Positions 38,547-47,771 of a stretch of DNA of 64,000 bases are shown here, piece by piece (within the stretch, counting starts at the first letter, position 1; each line of letters opens with the position of its first letter). The stretch covers positions 96,001-160,000 of the forward strand of contig JBCCWC010000002.1 of NCBI GenBank assembly GCA_039194325.1, written 5' to 3'. The notes below the pieces were generated by a model. The model was not told the origin of the DNA and made no database searches. It saw only the letters and a program-made list of their open reading frames with translations. A program made the translations under genes and the position numbers. This DNA is from Myxococcota bacterium. GTDB lineage: Bacteria > Myxococcota_A > Polyangia > Nannocystales > Nannocystaceae.

Positions 38547-39449
38547 GTGGCGAGCCGAGGTCGGGTCGAGCAGGGTCGGGTCGCGCTGGGTCCGACCGAC
38601 GACTTTTGTGATCTGGTGATCCACGTGCTGGCCCACGTGCCGCTGCCGGAGCCGGGGAACCTGCACGATCCACGCTATGTTGCCTGGGCACGGGCGCACA
38701 TGCCGGCGTCGGAGGTCCGGTGGCTGTACGAAGGTGCCGCGGTCTTCGAACGGGCCTGGGCCGCCGGGGTGCCGCCGGTGGTGCATGCTTGGCCGGAGCT
38801 GTTTGGGTCGATCGAGGCCTTCATGTCATCGGCCGTATCGGAGCTGGCGCAGCTGTGTGCCGACGACGTGCAGGCGCCCGAGATCTTGAGGCGGGCGCAG
38901 ACCATGGGAGGGCCCGACCTCGAGCTGCTCCATGCCACGCTGGGCGCGCTGGCCCCCTGGTACTCGCAGTGGCGAGCGCAGACGGTGGGGCCGTGGTTGC
39001 GCGAGTCGATCGCCGCCGTGCAACCATGGATCGACGAGGCCCAGCGGGTGCTGCCGAGCCTCGATCGGGTGGCGCTGGAGCTGGCCTGGCCTCTCGGTGC
39101 GCATGGTCGGGCGTTTGCCCGGCGGATCGTGGTCGGGGCTCCCGGTGGCTGGAACGGGCTGGATCCTTGCGTGGCCGCGGTACTGTTCATGCACGAGCGG
39201 CAGGTCCGTGATTGCGGTGCGGCGAACTACGTGGAGGCGGAGTGGTCGGCCCTGACGGGGTTGGCGGTCCAGATCCGTGGAGCCTCGGCTCGGCTGCGCG
39301 AGGCTCATCGGGCCTGGGTGGCCTCGCTGGAGCTGAGCTCGTTGCTCGAGGCGCTGGGTCGGTCCGGCCGGATTGCGGCCGAAGATCACGAGGCATTGCT
39401 CCACGACCCCGAAGGACGAGCCGAGCGGCTGGCCGTGGCTCGTTCGTGA
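38547..39449 (+). CDS. Hypothetical protein
   Basis: 300-aa ORF starting 10 bp after the repeat gene; HVLAHV near the N-terminus; LFMHE later. Confidence 0.75.
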   Translation: MASRGRVEQGRVALGPTDDFCDLVIHVLAHVPLPEPGNLHDPRYVAWARAHMPASEVRWLYEGAAVFERAWAAGVPPVVHAWPELFGSIEAFMSSAVSELAQLCADDVQAPEILRRAQTMGGPDLELLHATLGALAPWYSQWRAQTVGPWLRESIAAVQPWIDEAQRVLPSLDRVALELAWPLGAHGRAFARRIVVGAPGGWNGLDPCVAAVLFMHERQVRDCGAANYVEAEWSALTGLAVQIRGASARLREAHRAWVASLELSSLLEALGRSGRIAAEDHEALLHDPEGRAERLAVARS

Positions 39450-39938
39450 CGAGAGCTCGCACTCGGGCGAGAATGCGCGCTTGAGCCGCATACGGTTCGA
39501 GCGCGCTACGTACGATCTATGGCTCAGTTGCCTAGAGTTACGAACGAAGAGGATTCGATCACTCGATTTTGGGATTGAGTTTGTATCCGAGCTCGCATCA
39601 TCGACGGCGGGCCGAAGTGAGCATCGCTTCGATCCTGATCCTACGCTGGGCCGGAGCTACTCTCGACGGCTGAGCAATGTCTGTGGGCCACTTCGGACTC
39701 GACCTGACGTCGAGCATGTGGATCTTAATACTATTTTTGCGCTCGAATGACGTGATCGAATTTGGCTGGTTCGTAACTCAATACGAACCGGTCTACTTCC
39801 CAGAGACACCGAGTACGGGTGTTGCCCGGCGGCAGTGAGCATCGCCGTCCTCCGCGTTATGCAAGGTCGAGCTGATCGCCTCGGTCAGTCCATGGTCTTC
39901 GAATTTTCATGATTCGATCCATTCGATAAGCCGAAGAA

Positions 39939-39960
39939 GATATTAATGAATTTTAATATC
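39939..39960. promoter_or_regulatory. AT-rich perfect palindrome, probable operator
   Basis: GATATTAA-TGAATT-TTAATATC just upstream of the DUF1592 gene. Confidence 0.55.
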
Positions 39961-39995
39961 CAACCGCGAGACAAACCGCGAATGAACGCAACTAT

Positions 39996-41642
39996 GTGAT
40001 CGTGACGAAGCAAGTATGGAGAGAATGGCCCAGGCTCATGGTGCCTGCGCTCGGGTTGCTGTTGACCGGGTGTTACTCAGGACTCGACGCCTTCGATCCG
40101 ATCGGGTCGGGGGGCAACCCCGTGCCGGAGCCATCGGGCGCAGCGGACGACGATGGCGGCGGCGACGGTCCGGAGGCCAGCTGCCAAGCGCCCTCGGTGG
40201 GGGTCACGCCGCTGCGTCGATTGACCCGCTTCGAGTACGACAATACGGTGCGAGATCTCTTGGGTGACGACCGCCACCTGGCGGCTGCTCGCTTCTCGCC
40301 CGACGAGGCCAACGGGGGCTATTCGGCCAACGCGGTGGCGCCGATCTCCAAGACCCAGCTCGATGAGTACGCAACCGCGGCTGAGGATCTTGCGGTGTCG
40401 TTCCTCGACGCGGGGGTTGGCGACTACGTCGACTGCCCGCTGTCCGACAGCTCCTGCGCCACGCAGTTCGTGACCAAGTTTGGCCGCCGGGCGTTCCGCC
40501 GCCCGCTCGAGATGACCGAGGTGGACGAGTACGTGGCCCTTTACGAGGACGCACGCGATGCCTGGGACGGGGCCACCGGCTTTCGCATCGTGGTGGAGGC
40601 GATGCTGCTATCGCCGAACTTCCTGTACCACATGGAGGCCCGGCCCGTTGGCGCCGCCGAGACCGACGTGCTCCCGCTAGGCGGGTTCGAGATGGCCAGT
40701 CGCATGAGCTACTTCGTGTGGGCCTCGATGCCCGACGATGAGCTACTCGACGCGGCCGAGGCCGGCGCACTCGACACCACCGAGGGCCTCGAGGCGCAGG
40801 TACGGCGCATGCTCGAGGACGAGCGGGCGGGCGACACCATCGCCAGCTTTACTCGCCAGTGGGTACACCTCGAGGGGCTGGGCGACAAGGTCAAGGATGT
40901 CGAGATCTTCCCGGAGTGGAGCGCGGTGCTGGCCGCGTCGATGGAACACGAGGCCCTGGCCTTTGCCGATGAGGTCATCCGCAACGGCGATGGCCGGCTC
41001 GAGACCCTGCTGACCGCCCCGTGGACCATGGGTGATGCTTCGCTGGCCGAGCTCTACCAGGTCGATGCTCCCGAGGGCGAGTTCGGGCGCATCGACTTGC
41101 CGCCGGCCGAGCGTGCTGGCTTGCTGACCCAGCTGGGCTTCCTCACCGCCAACGCCCACGCGGCCGAGACCTCCTGGGTGCACCGCGGGCTGTTCGTGCG
41201 GCAGAACCTGCTATGCCAGGTCCTACCCGCCCCCCCTGCTGGGGTCGATGTCAACGATCCCAATGATGCCGGCCGCCTCGAGAATCCCGAGTGCACGGGC
41301 TGCCACCTGATGATCGACCCCATCGGCTGGGCCTTCGACGACTACGACGCGCTCGGGGTGTTCGTGGGCGAAGGCGAGCCCGGCGACGCCAGCGGCTCCT
41401 CGGTGGGCGAGTTCGACGACATCGTCGCCCTGGCGGGCGCGCTGGCTCAGGCCCCCGAGGTCCAAGATTGCGTGGCCTCCCAGTGGTTTCGCTACGCGAC
41501 CCGGCGGGCCGAGACCTCGGCCGACGACTGTGCGCTCGATGACATCAAGACCACCTTCGGAGCGTCGGGTCACGACATACGCGAGCTGATCGTCGCAGTG
41601 GCCACATCCGAGGCATTCCGCTACCACAAGGCGTCGGAGTAG
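39996..41642 (+). CDS. DUF1592/1588/1595/1587/1585 (PSD-domain) lipoprotein
   Basis: LRRLTRFEYDNTVRDLLG, FGRRAFRRPL, LLSPNFLY, ASRMSYFVW..MPDDELL, CTGCH..IDPIG; LTGC lipobox; start uncertain. Confidence 0.92.
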   Translation: MIVTKQVWREWPRLMVPALGLLLTGCYSGLDAFDPIGSGGNPVPEPSGAADDDGGGDGPEASCQAPSVGVTPLRRLTRFEYDNTVRDLLGDDRHLAAARFSPDEANGGYSANAVAPISKTQLDEYATAAEDLAVSFLDAGVGDYVDCPLSDSSCATQFVTKFGRRAFRRPLEMTEVDEYVALYEDARDAWDGATGFRIVVEAMLLSPNFLYHMEARPVGAAETDVLPLGGFEMASRMSYFVWASMPDDELLDAAEAGALDTTEGLEAQVRRMLEDERAGDTIASFTRQWVHLEGLGDKVKDVEIFPEWSAVLAASMEHEALAFADEVIRNGDGRLETLLTAPWTMGDASLAELYQVDAPEGEFGRIDLPPAERAGLLTQLGFLTANAHAAETSWVHRGLFVRQNLLCQVLPAPPAGVDVNDPNDAGRLENPECTGCHLMIDPIGWAFDDYDALGVFVGEGEPGDASGSSVGEFDDIVALAGALAQAPEVQDCVASQWFRYATRRAETSADDCALDDIKTTFGASGHDIRELIVAVATSEAFRYHKASE

Positions 41643-41649
41643 GAGAGAT

Positions 41650-43008
41650 ATGAAGATGACACGACAAGGGTTCTCGAGCTTCACTCGCCGGGGCTTCATG
41701 CGCGGGGCCGGGCTGGCCACCGCAGCCGGCATGGGCCTGCCCTTCCTATCCAGCCTGGTCGCCCGGGCGGCCGGCGACGAGGATCGATGCAAGCGACTCA
41801 TCATCCTTTGCTCGCCCAACGAGTTCATCGATCGCGATCATTGGCTGCCTTCGGGAGGCAACGGCGACAGCTACGCGATCACCGGGCTCCCCCCGGTGAT
41901 GAGTGCGCTCGAGCCCTACCTGAGCAAGCTGCTGATCGTCGGCGATCTCAGGATGCAGAGCCGCGCGGACGACCCCCATCCCGGTGGTCATCTCGGCACG
42001 AGTCACGTGCTCGTAGGGCGCAAGGTTACTCCCAACGGCTCCGGCCCGGGTGATGCGTGGGGTGGAGGGATTTCGGTCGACCAATACATCGGCCAGCAGC
42101 TGGGCATGGACCCGATCACCCTCGGCGTGAGGGTTGGCAGCGCCGATTGCCGCACGCGTATATCGTATCTCGGCGACAGCCAGCCGGTCACCCCGGTGAC
42201 CGATCCGGTGGTCGCTTTCGATAGCCTCTTCGCCGATTCGTTGATGCCCGCCGAGGAGCTGGCCGCCCTCAAGGCCCAGCGTCTATCGGTGCTCGATCGG
42301 GTGTCGGGTGATCTCGAGCGCATCAAGAGCCGGCTGCCCCAGGAGGGCCGTAACAAGCTCGATGTGCACGCCGATATGGTCCGCGAGCTCGAGCTGAAGA
42401 TCGAGTCCGAGCAGGTGCTGGACTGTGCTCCCGTCCCACCGCAAGGGGGCATGGACTACGGCTCCAACGCCAATTTCCCTACCGCCGTGCGGCGCCAGAT
42501 CGATGTAATGGTCCAGGCGCTAGGCTGTGGGATCACCGACATCGCGACCCTTCAGTTGGCCAACTCTGGAGCGGGTAACATTACCCCGGTATGGCCCGAG
42601 GAGGGCATCAACATCAGCAAAGACTACCACAATATCGCCCACGACTATAACGGCAGCTCGGGCAATGCTGCCATCCGCGAGCGTCGGGAACAGCTCGAGG
42701 CATTCTTCTACCGGATGTTTGCCTATCTGCTCGAGCAGCTCGAGGCGATCCCCGAAGGAGATGGCACCACCATGCTCGACAACTCGCTGGTCATGTGGAG
42801 CAAGCCCCTGGGCTACAAGCATCGCCTCGACACGCACCCGTTCATCCTGGCGGGCGGAGCCCGCGGCCGCCTGAACCCCGGGCGCTTTGTCTCCTTCCCG
42901 GATAAGCCGCACAACAACCTCCTGGTCAACCTCTGCAACCTGATGGGCCTGGATGATCAGACCTTCGGCAATCCGGACTACTGCACGGGTCCGTTCGATC
43001 TCGGGTGA
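41650..43008 (+). CDS. DUF1552-family protein with Tat signal
   Basis: TRRGFM Tat motif; SVDQYI, YHNIAH, EGDGTTMLDNS, ILAGGA; AGGAG RBS; usual partner of the upstream gene. Confidence 0.92.
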   Translation: MKMTRQGFSSFTRRGFMRGAGLATAAGMGLPFLSSLVARAAGDEDRCKRLIILCSPNEFIDRDHWLPSGGNGDSYAITGLPPVMSALEPYLSKLLIVGDLRMQSRADDPHPGGHLGTSHVLVGRKVTPNGSGPGDAWGGGISVDQYIGQQLGMDPITLGVRVGSADCRTRISYLGDSQPVTPVTDPVVAFDSLFADSLMPAEELAALKAQRLSVLDRVSGDLERIKSRLPQEGRNKLDVHADMVRELELKIESEQVLDCAPVPPQGGMDYGSNANFPTAVRRQIDVMVQALGCGITDIATLQLANSGAGNITPVWPEEGINISKDYHNIAHDYNGSSGNAAIRERREQLEAFFYRMFAYLLEQLEAIPEGDGTTMLDNSLVMWSKPLGYKHRLDTHPFILAGGARGRLNPGRFVSFPDKPHNNLLVNLCNLMGLDDQTFGNPDYCTGPFDLG

Positions 43009-43074
43009 CGAGCTTGACCCTCGCATAGCTGCGGTGCTGCTCACGCACCAGCAATGGCTGCGTGAGCGGATCGG

Positions 43075-44559
43075 TCACTTCACCGCGGCCGCGGCCTTGC
43101 GCACGGCGGCCAGAAACTCTGCGGCGTCGTCGAAGCGATCGTAGGGCCTCTTGGCGAGCCCGCGCTCGATTAAGGGCTCGAGGTGTCGAAGGCCGTCGAG
43201 GCCGGGGGCGACCGTGCGCAGCCGTGGGGGCATGACCGAGACGTGCATGGCCAGCATTGCTCCGGCGTCGCTGGCCTTGAAAGGGAGCCGTCCGGCGAGC
43301 ATCTCGTAGAGCATCACCGTGGCCGCGTAGAGATCGGCACGTCCGTCGACTTCGCCGCCGCAGGCCTGCTCGGGGGCGATGTAGGCGGGAGTTCCGAGCG
43401 CCATGCCGGCCTCGGTCAGCCTGATGTTGGAGTGGGCTTGCAGCAGCTCTGGAGGCAGTCGCGCGATGCCCAGATCGATCACCTTGGCAAAGCACGGGTC
43501 GCCGGGTTGTTCGATCACGAAGACGTTCTCGGGCTTGACGTCGCGGTGCACGATCCCCTCGGCGTGGAGCTCGCCGAGCGCCGTCAGCACATGCTGGAGG
43601 ATGTGTAGCGCCTTGGGTGGGGGGAGCCGATTGCCGCCGAGCATGGCGAACAGCTCGCAGCCCTCCAGGCGCTCCATGACCATGAACAGCCCCCCGTCCT
43701 TCGTCTCACCGATCTCGTAGACCTCGACGAGGTTGGGGTGCTGCACCGCGGCCATGGCCGCGGCCTCTCGATGGAAACGTTCGCGGAGCGCGGGATCGTG
43801 GGTTCGCTCGGGCGCGAGCCGCTTGAGGGCGACGGTGCGGCCCGTGGCGAGCTGGTCGGCGAGGAAGACCTCGCCCATGCCTCCGGCTCCCAGTAGCGTG
43901 CGAATGCGATAGCCGGGGGCGAGTTTGTCGGCCGCGGTAAACTCGGCGGTCTTCTCGTGCTCTGAGTCGGCCCGCGCCCGCTTCGCGCCTTGAACAATCG
44001 TGTGGCCTCGCTGCTGCGTCAGTGCGTGCACGAAGCCCTTGCGGGCGGCAGCCAGGCGCTCACGGATCACTCGGGGGGATTCCCTCAAGGTGCGGGCGAT
44101 CCGATCGACGGACTCGCCGTGGAGCTCGGCGAGGATCAGCACGCTGCGCTGCTCGGGGGGAAGCGCGGCCAGGACCTCTCGCACGGCCCCGCGCATGGCC
44201 GCCTTGCCCTGGGCGGGCGCGAGCGGGGCATCCAGCGGGAGCCGTGGCTCGGCTTGAGGACTACCGTCTTGGCGTTCTTCGGCCAGCTCGTGAACCAGGC
44301 TGGCGAGCCAGGCTTCGATCTCACGAGGGTCGCTCAGCTCGTCGAGGCGACGAGCCGCGCGCACGAACACGTCTTCGCAGGCGGGCTCGGCCTGGTCGGG
44401 GTCGAGCAGCAAGCCGGTGAGCAGGCGATAGACGGGGATCTGGTGGCGGCGGACCAGCTCGCTGTAGGCGCTGGCATCCTCCCGATCGCGATAGGCGGCG
44501 ATCAGCTGGGCGTCGCTTATCGTGGTGATGCCGGTCTGTTGCGCGAGGCGGTTGCTCAT
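43075..44559 (-). CDS. ECF sigma factor-like domain fused to a Ser/Thr kinase
   Basis: SDAQLI..AYSELVRRHQ..VY, AWL, LAALPPEQRSVLILAELHG..IA sigma motifs, then LGAGGMGEV, VALK, HRDVKPEN, DLGIA, GTPAYIAPE; no TM segment. Confidence 0.85.
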   Translation of the reverse strand: MSNRLAQQTGITTISDAQLIAAYRDREDASAYSELVRRHQIPVYRLLTGLLLDPDQAEPACEDVFVRAARRLDELSDPREIEAWLASLVHELAEERQDGSPQAEPRLPLDAPLAPAQGKAAMRGAVREVLAALPPEQRSVLILAELHGESVDRIARTLRESPRVIRERLAAARKGFVHALTQQRGHTIVQGAKRARADSEHEKTAEFTAADKLAPGYRIRTLLGAGGMGEVFLADQLATGRTVALKRLAPERTHDPALRERFHREAAAMAAVQHPNLVEVYEIGETKDGGLFMVMERLEGCELFAMLGGNRLPPPKALHILQHVLTALGELHAEGIVHRDVKPENVFVIEQPGDPCFAKVIDLGIARLPPELLQAHSNIRLTEAGMALGTPAYIAPEQACGGEVDGRADLYAATVMLYEMLAGRLPFKASDAGAMLAMHVSVMPPRLRTVAPGLDGLRHLEPLIERGLAKRPYDRFDDAAEFLAAVRKAAAAVK

Positions 44560-44610
44560 GGCGATCACCGAGGACAGAGCAAGCAGGGCGGGATCGAGGT
44601 CGCTGCGCGC

Positions 44611-45498
44611 TCAGGGGTGCTCGTCGGCACCGCGGCGGGTCAGGCCGTCGAGCACGTGACGAGCGGGGACGAAGTGTTGCTGACCCTCGGCGTCGCGAAG
44701 CAGCAGGCCCAGGGGACAAAAGCGCTCGGCGGTCCCTCGGATCTCGCCCAGCTCGATCTCGTCGCCCAGGCGGATCAGGCGACGCAGATAGTAGTTGGCG
44801 ATGATCTCCTCGGCAGGGCGTCGCATCGACCACGCGAACAAGAAGGCGAGGGTGGCGAGCACCACCGCGAGCACCATGCCCAGGCTCGAGGTCAGAAACG
44901 AGATGTCGATCCCCAGCAGATCGATCGCCACCAGCGCCGCCAGGCCCAGCAGGCCGATCTCCGTGACCGACTCGATCGTGCTCGCCATCGAGTTGCGCAT
45001 CTCGTGGAGGACCGCCCCGACGGCACGACGGGCGGCACCGGCGGCATAGGCCCCGATCGCGATCACCAGCAGGGCCGAGACCAGCCGCGGCACGTAGCCC
45101 AGGGCGGCTCCGACCGCATCCTCGATGGCATCGAGGCCGAGCACGTCGGCGGCGGCCATCGTGGCCAGCAACAAGATCGCGGCGTAGACCAGGCCGGCCA
45201 TCGCCAGCGAGGGGGTCAGGTCCTCGCGGAATGCCTCGAGGATCCGGGCCAGGCGCGTGCTCCTGACCGCTTTGTCGAGGCGGGTCATGCCCAGCACGCG
45301 GGCGACTATCTTGCGCACGACCACCGCCGCGAGCCAGCCCACGAGCAGCACGACCACGCCCGAGGCGATCGTAGGGGCGTAGGCGGCGACCTGGGTCCAC
45401 ATGACCTGCACGGGCCCGATCATGTCGGGCTCGACCACCATGGTCATGGTCATGGTCATGGTCATGGTCGTCGCCATCGAGAGCATGGGATCCATCAT
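44611..45498 (-). CDS. CmpX/MscS-like TM-helix protein
   Basis: YAPTIASGVVVLLVGW and YVPRLVSA TM_helix-like repeats; short MscS-type beta domain (IRLGDEIELGEIRG); TGATG overlap with the upstream ORF. Confidence 0.8.
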   Translation of the reverse strand: MMDPMLSMATTMTMTMTMTMVVEPDMIGPVQVMWTQVAAYAPTIASGVVVLLVGWLAAVVVRKIVARVLGMTRLDKAVRSTRLARILEAFREDLTPSLAMAGLVYAAILLLATMAAADVLGLDAIEDAVGAALGYVPRLVSALLVIAIGAYAAGAARRAVGAVLHEMRNSMASTIESVTEIGLLGLAALVAIDLLGIDISFLTSSLGMVLAVVLATLAFLFAWSMRRPAEEIIANYYLRRLIRLGDEIELGEIRGTAERFCPLGLLLRDAEGQQHFVPARHVLDGLTRRGADEHP

Positions 45499-45713
45499 CA
45501 CTCGTCCTCCGTGACCAGGGAGTCGTCGTCCCCGCGCACCCAGTGCCACGGCGAGACGACGAGCAGTCGCGCGAACTCCGAGAGGGTCTTGGTCAGGGCG
45601 ACCCGAGAGCCGACCCGCTCCGCCATGTCATTGGAGGGCTTGGCCTCGAAGGTCATGGCCAGCAGCGAGCCGATGTCGAGCTCGGGCATTCCTTCGGTCA
45701 CGTCATCGGCCAT
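45498..45713 (-). CDS. Small hypothetical protein (71 aa)
   Basis: AGGA RBS; stop overlaps the next start; GC3-rich codons. Confidence 0.7.
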   Translation of the reverse strand: MADDVTEGMPELDIGSLLAMTFEAKPSNDMAERVGSRVALTKTLSEFARLLVVSPWHWVRGDDDSLVTEDE

Positions 45714-45875
45714 TGTGGCGTCCTGGGGCGGGGGTCTGTGTCCGGCGGGGGGCCCGGGTGGGTCACGAGACCCCGAAGGAGGGCGCGGGACGCTTCGACC
45801 CTAGCCGATCGCCGTGGCGCAGTCACGCCGGGTTGTGCGGGGGCGAGCGAGGCTTGGTGACTCGGGGGTGACGGT

Positions 45876-47771
45876 TCAATCGCCGTACGGCCGATGATCC
45901 GGCAGCACCGGGGGCGGGAGCATGACGGCCCGGCCCGGGGGCGGGAGCTCGAAGGGGCGCAGGCCCTCGGGCCCGCCGACCAGGAACACGATCTCGGCGT
46001 GCGGCAGCGGGCGGTCGAACACGAAGTGTAAAGAGGCGGGCCCCTGACCCTCGCGCTCGTGCATCACCCGGGCTCGGAACAGACCCACGCCGACCTCGTC
46101 CCCCGTGTGCAGGGCTTCGGGGGGCGGCCGGAAGAGCGTCTCTTGGGGTTGGTCGTGCATGGCTTGCTCGACGGTGGAGATCTCCAGGGTGCGCTCGTCG
46201 AAGCGGCGCACGAGCAGGCGCCGCTCGCCGATACCGAGCGCGTGCCACGAGCGGGGGAGCGGGCGACCGAGCAGGTGGAGGATCCACCGTCCGTGCAATC
46301 CGGTGACCAGGCCGGGGGCGGCGATCACCACGACGTGCTTGTCTCCCAGGGGGAGGTCGCGGCTTTGGGGGCTGTCGTGAAAGCGCAGGTAGGAGCGACC
46401 GGTGCTGCCGATCCCCGCGATCTGAGCGCGGGCCCACGGGGCGTCGAGCACCAGGTGTTGCAGCAACGAGGTACCGGCGAGCGCGGCCAGGCTCAGCCCG
46501 CGAAGCCATGCGCTCGGCTGACGGGGTCGGGGCCGAAGGGCCCGGACGGAGGCCACGCCCAGGCTGCCAACGAACACGGCGGGGCCGAGCGCGGCCAGGG
46601 CCAGAGCCCGGGTTGAAGGGAGGATCGCGGCCAGGGGGACGAGCGCCCCCGCCGAGCCGAGCGCGGTCCAGGCGACGGCGCGGCGCTCGGTCGGCGAGAG
46701 GTTGCGGCGGGCGAGCCACCACGCAGGCAAGCCCAGCGCCACGATCGCCACGATCACAAAGCGCCCGTGGGCCTGCACGACCCCGGGGGGGCCGCTCGCG
46801 TTCGACAGTCCCGCGATGGCGCGGAGCACCGCCGAGTCCTCGTAACGAAACAGCAGGCGTTCGCTCTCTGCGGGCAGGCCCAGCCAGATCTCGCCGAGCA
46901 TGCGAGGGATCCTGTCGATCCCGGCCAGCATGAACTCGACGGGGTGACCGAGCGGGTCGATATAGCTGGTGGCCCCGTGCACACCTGCTCGGACGGCGAT
47001 CGAGAGGGCGGCGAAGCCCACCAGGGCGAGGGTGGCGGGCAGTAGCGCTCGCAGGCGACGACGCCACGCGTCGGTGCGGCCGACCAGCGCGTGGGCGAGC
47101 ACGTAGGCCACGCCACACAGCGCGTACTCGCCGGCGGCGAAGGCCAGGACCCACAATGTCAGCTCGAGTCCGAAGTGGCGCAGGTCGGTCGTAGAGGTGG
47201 TCGTGGAAGCGGCGAGCGCTCGTCGCTGGTAGACGGCCAGGGCGGCGAAGGCAAAGGTGGCCGAGATCATCGCGCAGCGGTTGGCCAACCAGGCCACGGT
47301 CCACCCGAAGGTCTCATCGACCGCATAGACGGCGAGGGCGAGCAGCGCGATCGTCGGGGTCGTGGCGCGGCGCAGGGCGAGGTGGGCGGTGACCAGCGTG
47401 GCGCTCAGCCAAGCCATCGAGTGGAGGTGATGCGCCAGGGGGTTGCGGGGGGCGAGCGCGTGGTCGAGCGCCAGCAGTAGGCTCGACAGCGGGCGCACCT
47501 GCACGAAGCGAAACTCGGGCACCGTCCACCACGGCAGCGAGCCCTGGGCGCGGTGGGCTGCGGTGGCGGCGGGATCCAGCGGGTAGAGCGAGTAGAGCTC
47601 CCAGGGCGCTCGCGGGCCGGCGAGGCCATCGAGCAAGGCGATCTGATAGACGTCGTCGGCCAAGAAGCCCACATCGACGGCCGGCCAGTAGAGCACGATG
47701 GCGACCACGATGGTCGTGGCGGCCCACCACCAGGCGCGGCGTGAGTGGGTAGACGGACGGTCGGCGAACAT
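45876..47771 (-). CDS. Multi-pass membrane protein, GT-C-like glycosyltransferase
   Basis: GFLADD after the first TM, RPLS, W..NR; about ten TM segments; TGATG overlap with the UbiA gene. Confidence 0.7.
   Translation of the reverse strand: MFADRPSTHSRRAWWWAATTIVVAIVLYWPAVDVGFLADDVYQIALLDGLAGPRAPWELYSLYPLDPAATAAHRAQGSLPWWTVPEFRFVQVRPLSSLLLALDHALAPRNPLAHHLHSMAWLSATLVTAHLALRRATTPTIALLALAVYAVDETFGWTVAWLANRCAMISATFAFAALAVYQRRALAASTTTSTTDLRHFGLELTLWVLAFAAGEYALCGVAYVLAHALVGRTDAWRRRLRALLPATLALVGFAALSIAVRAGVHGATSYIDPLGHPVEFMLAGIDRIPRMLGEIWLGLPAESERLLFRYEDSAVLRAIAGLSNASGPPGVVQAHGRFVIVAIVALGLPAWWLARRNLSPTERRAVAWTALGSAGALVPLAAILPSTRALALAALGPAVFVGSLGVASVRALRPRPRQPSAWLRGLSLAALAGTSLLQHLVLDAPWARAQIAGIGSTGRSYLRFHDSPQSRDLPLGDKHVVVIAAPGLVTGLHGRWILHLLGRPLPRSWHALGIGERRLLVRRFDERTLEISTVEQAMHDQPQETLFRPPPEALHTGDEVGVGLFRARVMHEREGQGPASLHFVFDRPLPHAEIVFLVGGPEGLRPFELPPPGRAVMLPPPVLPDHRPYGD

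Noticed and set aside
39373..39842. ORFs in the AT-richer gap before the DUF1592 gene
   Set aside because: No RBS, atypical codons and no motif.
43990..45804. Long opposite-strand ORFs (also 7577-9421, 14376-16238, 6147-7424 and similar)
   Set aside because: Shadow or off-frame ORFs of motif-supported genes, expected in high-GC DNA.
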